Assembly: GCF_038025025.1 (NCBI RefSeq)
Contig: NW_027117344.1
Span: forward strand, 2,108,001-2,172,000
From: Phyllosticta citribraziliensis
Lineage: Eukaryota
DNA: 64,000 bases
Direction: 5' to 3'
Part shown: positions 59,767-64,000 of the stretch, piece by piece
Layout of the letters: each line of letters opens with the position of its first letter
How positions within the stretch are numbered: the first letter of the stretch is position 1
Notes under the pieces: generated by a model
Seen by the model: the letters and a program-made list of their open reading frames with translations, nothing else
What the model was told of the DNA's origin: nothing
Databases searched by the model: none
Translations under genes and position numbers: made by a program

Positions 59767-62700
59767 ATGTCGGCGCTCAGGGGGGCACTCGATGCGGCCA
59801 ACGCCTTCCTTGCGCCTGCATGGGAGCCTGGTAATGCCATCGGGCTTATCCGCTGTTCCTGAGTCTGACTAATGAGAAGCAGGGACTGAAGGCATTCTGG
59901 ATCGCCTCTGTCAACATGTCGGACACGATGGCAGCTCAAACATTTCTTCTGTTGTGGTTGAAGTGGCCTTGCAGCATCTTGTGCGGATTCACGAGGCAGA
60001 TATCGCCAATGAAAGCCAAGGCAGAATAAGCAACGAGGAAGGCGAATACGACGGAGACTCGAGGACGACGCTTTACGGCCTCCTGGATCTGCTGGCCATT
60101 TGTGGAATTCTCCCAGCGCTCTCTCCTGGTGTCTCAATCAGGAAACGACCTAAATCTCTCATCGGTGGCCTGCAGGAGCCCAAAGAGTCGGAGCGGAGCT
60201 TTTCTCAGAATGCCCCGCTGTTAACCCAAATCATCGACAGCTTGAGTGAGATTATTTCTGATCCTACACAGGGTCTCGCTCCACTGGTTCGAGAGAGAAT
60301 TTTGACGGATGTTGTGGCTGGTGCAGCTCAACTTGCGTTCTCTCCGGAATCCGACTTCAAAACTCAGACAAGGTACAGGGAAGTGTTCGAGAGAATCGTT
60401 GAAAAGTAGGTATCCATTTTCTTCATGCTCCTATCATCCCTCTTCTCGGTTTCATTTGCCCTCAAAATGAGCATGAGCTCATCGTTGCCAGAATTCAAAC
60501 GTCATCTGCTTTGCCTCTCTTTACCTATTTGATCCACCCTGAGACTCCTCAGTGGCTCAAACCTCAACTGTCAAACGCGCTCTCTGCGGTACCTTTACGT
60601 CCGCATGGTGTTCGATCAACCATCGAGTTCATTGCATCCTCGTATCCCACACCGCCAATGCCAGCGAATGAGCGTGAACGAAGTGCTCAAAAGGGGCCCG
60701 CGTTGCCGCTCGAAGCCATCAGTCAAGCCTCAAAACTTCTTTCTTCAGTTCCAAGTTTCATGGAGCCGGAGCGCTATTTCAGTGCGCTGGCGCCGCAGCT
60801 CCTTGGCATGCTGGATGGAATCGAAGGGCCAGATTTCTCCAAGGCTGCTGCCCTCGTCATTGGTAGTGGTATTTTGGGCAAACGCGCGACTGGTGCACCA
60901 GGAAGTATAGGGTGGAGATTATTTGCTGAGCCATTGCTATTTGACATTGCTCCGCCCGCCCGTGGGAAATCGACCTCAAAGAATACCCCAGGTGTACTTG
61001 TCCCAGAAGATCGTCTCAAGCGCGCTTTGTCCCGTCTTGCGGCATTGCTCTCCTCACATCCTAACCCAGGGCTGACCAGCCGTCTATTGGGAAACCTCAT
61101 GATGCCCTTGTGGGCACTTCTGGATCACGCAAAATCAAGACCCATCGCGCGCTTCTGGTCCGATAATGCCCGCAGGCTGCTCTTGACTTACTTTCGACTT
61201 GGGGCTGGAGCAAACCAGCTCGAAAGACTTGCCACAAACCTGCTCTGGAATGGACCAGATGCTTGGGAATATGGACCGGGCAGCGAAGGTGGGGTCGAAG
61301 TCAGACATCGACAAGCAAGCGTTGAGGACGAGGGGATTCTCGAAAAAATGGCGATGATGGAGCAGAGGCTGGAAAGCTTTCAAGCCATCTTGACAAGCGA
61401 CTCGATCGAGGACCATGATATTGGGGAGCTGTTTGTGAAACTAACCAAGCGATGGCTGCTTCCCAAAACCATATCCACAGAGCCAGGAAAGAGAATAAAG
61501 CTCGAAATTGGCGACGAGCAAGACCCACTCCAGTCACTCATCATCGCCAAGATCGTCATGGTTATGTTGGAGGATTTTAAAGATAAACTCACGTCAAATC
61601 CTGATAATCTCATTGAGTTGGTAGCGCAGCTTCTGGGTCAATGGGTCGAGGACGACAGGGCGAAGAGAAAGAGGAGCAACGATCTGAAGAGGGCCAACTA
61701 CGCGGGACTATCAAACATTGTCCAGACTGGAGCGAGGCAGTCGAAACCTGGACAGAAAGACGTTGATGAGCCTGCACAAGTCGAAGCAGGAGATATCGTC
61801 CCAGTCGCCCTCAGTCTGCTCAACACGCTCATTTCCGCTGAGAACTTCAAACCTACCGTTCAAACATCTGCAACACTCTCCGCTATCTTGCCCACACTCG
61901 AACTACTCCGCAAGCCGCCGCCTGGCTCCGATTTACCCGCTTCTGTCTCCATGACGGCCTCGAATCTGACCTCTCAACTGTCGTCACTTCTCAACATACC
62001 CGCCAGTCCAAGCAAGGCTGCAGCTACTTCCTCAAAGCCCAGCGTCATTTCAGACCACGACCGTCAAACTCTTAACACGGCTCTGAACGACCTGACCCAG
62101 TCTGAGCACCCTCCTATCCGCGCCGCAGCCCTCTCCTCAATTGCATCGCTCGCTGCCGCCCAATCACCGTTCCCCGACCTTCCTGGACTGACCTTGTTCC
62201 TCCTGCGCACTGCGCTGCCTGATCCCGACGGCTTTGTCCATCTGCACGCCATCAAGACGCTAGTCGCCTTGTCTGCGCGCGACCCGCCGCTCATTACGCG
62301 CCTTCTTACGGATGCATTCCTCGATCCGAAGGAAGAAGCCGTAGGGGAGGCAGGACTCGAGGGGCGCCTCAGGGTCGGCGAGTCATTGGGCAAGATTGTC
62401 GGCGAAGTGCGCGACGCGTCTGGTTCTAGCAGCAACCCAGGCGCCATAAGCAACGACGCTCGCGTCGTTTTGGGCAACATTTCGCGCGCAGCCGTGACGG
62501 TGGCTGGACGGCGTGGCAAGCGGCCGCGTGACTTGAAGCAGAGACAACGGGCGGCGATGGTGGAGCAGAGGAAACAAAGAGAGGCGGAGAAAGCGTGGGG
62601 AGGCGCGGTGCCGGACATACCCGGCATCAACGCCGCCGAGGACGACGAGGATGAGAAAGATGGAGCGAATGCTGCCGAAATTGAGGCCCTCTCGCGCATT

Positions 62701-63255
62701 GTGACGGGTTGGTCTGAGACGGGGATTTCGGAAGACTTGAGGCTGCGCGCGCTGGCCCTCTCCGTCCTCTCGACAGCCGTTGAGGCTCCTGTCACGTTGA
62801 GCATGCTCCTGCGCGGGAGTGACACGCAGAGAGTGGTGCCCGAGGCGGTGGACGTGGCGCTCAAAGTGCTTGTGCTGGAGCAGGAGGAGCGACACGTGAT
62901 TTTGAGACGTGCGGCACTCATTGTGCTGTGGAGTCTGATCAAGGGCGTCGACAGCAACGAGGACGGCAACGGGCTGGCCGGCTTTTTGCCGCCGGCTACG
63001 TGGGAAGAGATTGAAGGCGTGGCAAGGTGGGTGCAGGACACGGAGGCTGATGTGCTCGCGAAGGGACACGCAGGGGAGGTTCTGGTGGCTCTTGAGGAGC
63101 GGAAAATGGGACGGGCCTTTGGCGCAACCCCCATGGATGTCGGTATCTTTCCAACAGGCATGACGAGCAACCTGGGTTTGGGAGAATTGAAGGGACTCAG
63201 CTTGAATCCTGACAAGAAAGAGGGCAAAAGGATGGTTATCGAGGAAATTGAGTAG
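59767..63255 (+). CDS. RTP1: RNA polymerase II assembly/nuclear import factor Rtp1 (TANGO6/TMCO7 family, ARM/HEAT-like); 3 exons
   Basis: MSALRGALDAANAFL; introns 59831-59882 and 60406-60491. Motifs LLDLLAICGILPALSPGV, PLRPHGVRSTIEF, HPPIRAAAL, DPDGFVHLHAIK, RLRVGESL and DLRLRALALSVL. Family call is from motif recognition. Confidence 0.8.
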
Positions 63256-63705
63256 AAGGACTGTAGAGATCCTCTGCTTGGTCATCTTTAATAAATCATG
63301 GATTGTCCAGTGTTGTGTTGGTCATTGGGTGAACAGGACTTGCAGTTGGTATCTTGATCTTTCAGAATAACTCCATATCCATGCCAAAGGTCGCTGTACC
63401 GAGCGCATTTCGCTCAAGACAACCTCGCTGCTGCATCAAATATAGACAGCGCTTCGTCGTCACAAACGCCTTCGCAAATCCACGCTTTTCCAGGCGACTC
63501 AGGTGAAGATGAACACCAGTCTCACCTTGTTTATTTCCCAGAACATGTCGAAGCACACACTGACCGAAACCCAGGAAGCTCCGGCAGCGCGTGCGATTCC
63601 GGTCGTTGCTCCACTGGCTGATGGCGAAATACGCAAGGTCTCGTGTCCTGGACCAATCTTCCTTTACCCGACAATTGTGCTCGCGATGTCTTCAATCCAA
63701 ATTCA

Positions 63706-64000
63706 TCAACCGCTCATTTCCACGTCAGGCTTGCTGGTCATTAAAGGTGGGTCGGATGAGTCTTTTTCGGCGATCCAAAGGACGTTGTTGCAGCTGTTTG
63801 GCATGTCAGTGCCAGTCACACCCAAACGCGGGCGCAGCATTGCGGCGAGCAACGAAGCGCAACAGAGTTCCAACGTACCGGATCAGAACCTGACCGAGAG
63901 TACCGGTGCTCTTTCCATCAATGTACTCCTCGGTGTTGGCAAGCTGCAGGTTCATGTAGCTGTCGGCGCTGACGAGACCTCCAGTGTACTCCGTGTTGCC
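63706..64000 (-). CDS. SMX3: Small nuclear ribonucleoprotein SmF (5'-partial, runs off window)
   Basis: [48 protein letters not shown] (Sm1 and Sm2 motifs). Intron 63878-63794; stop TGA at 63708-63706. Confidence 0.9.

Noticed and set aside
33241..64000. SEN1, RTP1 and SmF as an RNA Pol II/snRNA functional cluster
   Set aside because: Separated by unrelated genes; co-location of housekeeping genes is expected by chance.
1..64000. CRISPR arrays, rRNA, prokaryotic operons or Starship captain genes
   Set aside because: The sequence is spliceosomal-intron-containing fungal DNA. The repeats are simple microsatellites, and I saw no tyrosine-recombinase or rRNA-like segments.

Overview
Eukaryotic, intron-containing, GC-rich fungal chromosomal DNA from a filamentous ascomycete. 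A Dothideomycete is likely but is only my inference from gene style. I can support 16 protein-coding genes, one cut by the window edge. In order: a Svl3/Pam1-like ketopantoate-reductase-fold protein, glucokinase, MIC19, a Naa50/Nat5-like GNAT, the tetraspanin PLS1, the MADS-box factor MCM1, a choline/amino-acid permease, a probable Nse6/SLF2-like protein, a Dnf1/2 P4-ATPase flippase, SEN1 helicase, a large low-complexity unknown protein, GNA1, two small secreted proteins, RTP1 and partial SmF. There is also one atypical intron-containing tRNA gene and many microsatellites. I see no intact transposon, rRNA, CRISPR array or secondary-metabolite cluster. The most interesting signals are: (1) an AUG-less, in-frame, transmembrane-bearing N-terminal extension upstream of glucokinase; (2) a tiny secreted Lys/Asp/Tyr-repeat protein in a gene-poor 12 kb stretch shared with a second secreted protein; (3) a tRNA gene reading as GGT-anticodon with non-canonical anticodon-arm features; (4) N-terminal PIP-box-like motifs on the GNAT and the Nse6-like protein; (5) head-to-head PLS1-MCM1. 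Gene models were spliced by eye. No database searches were run.
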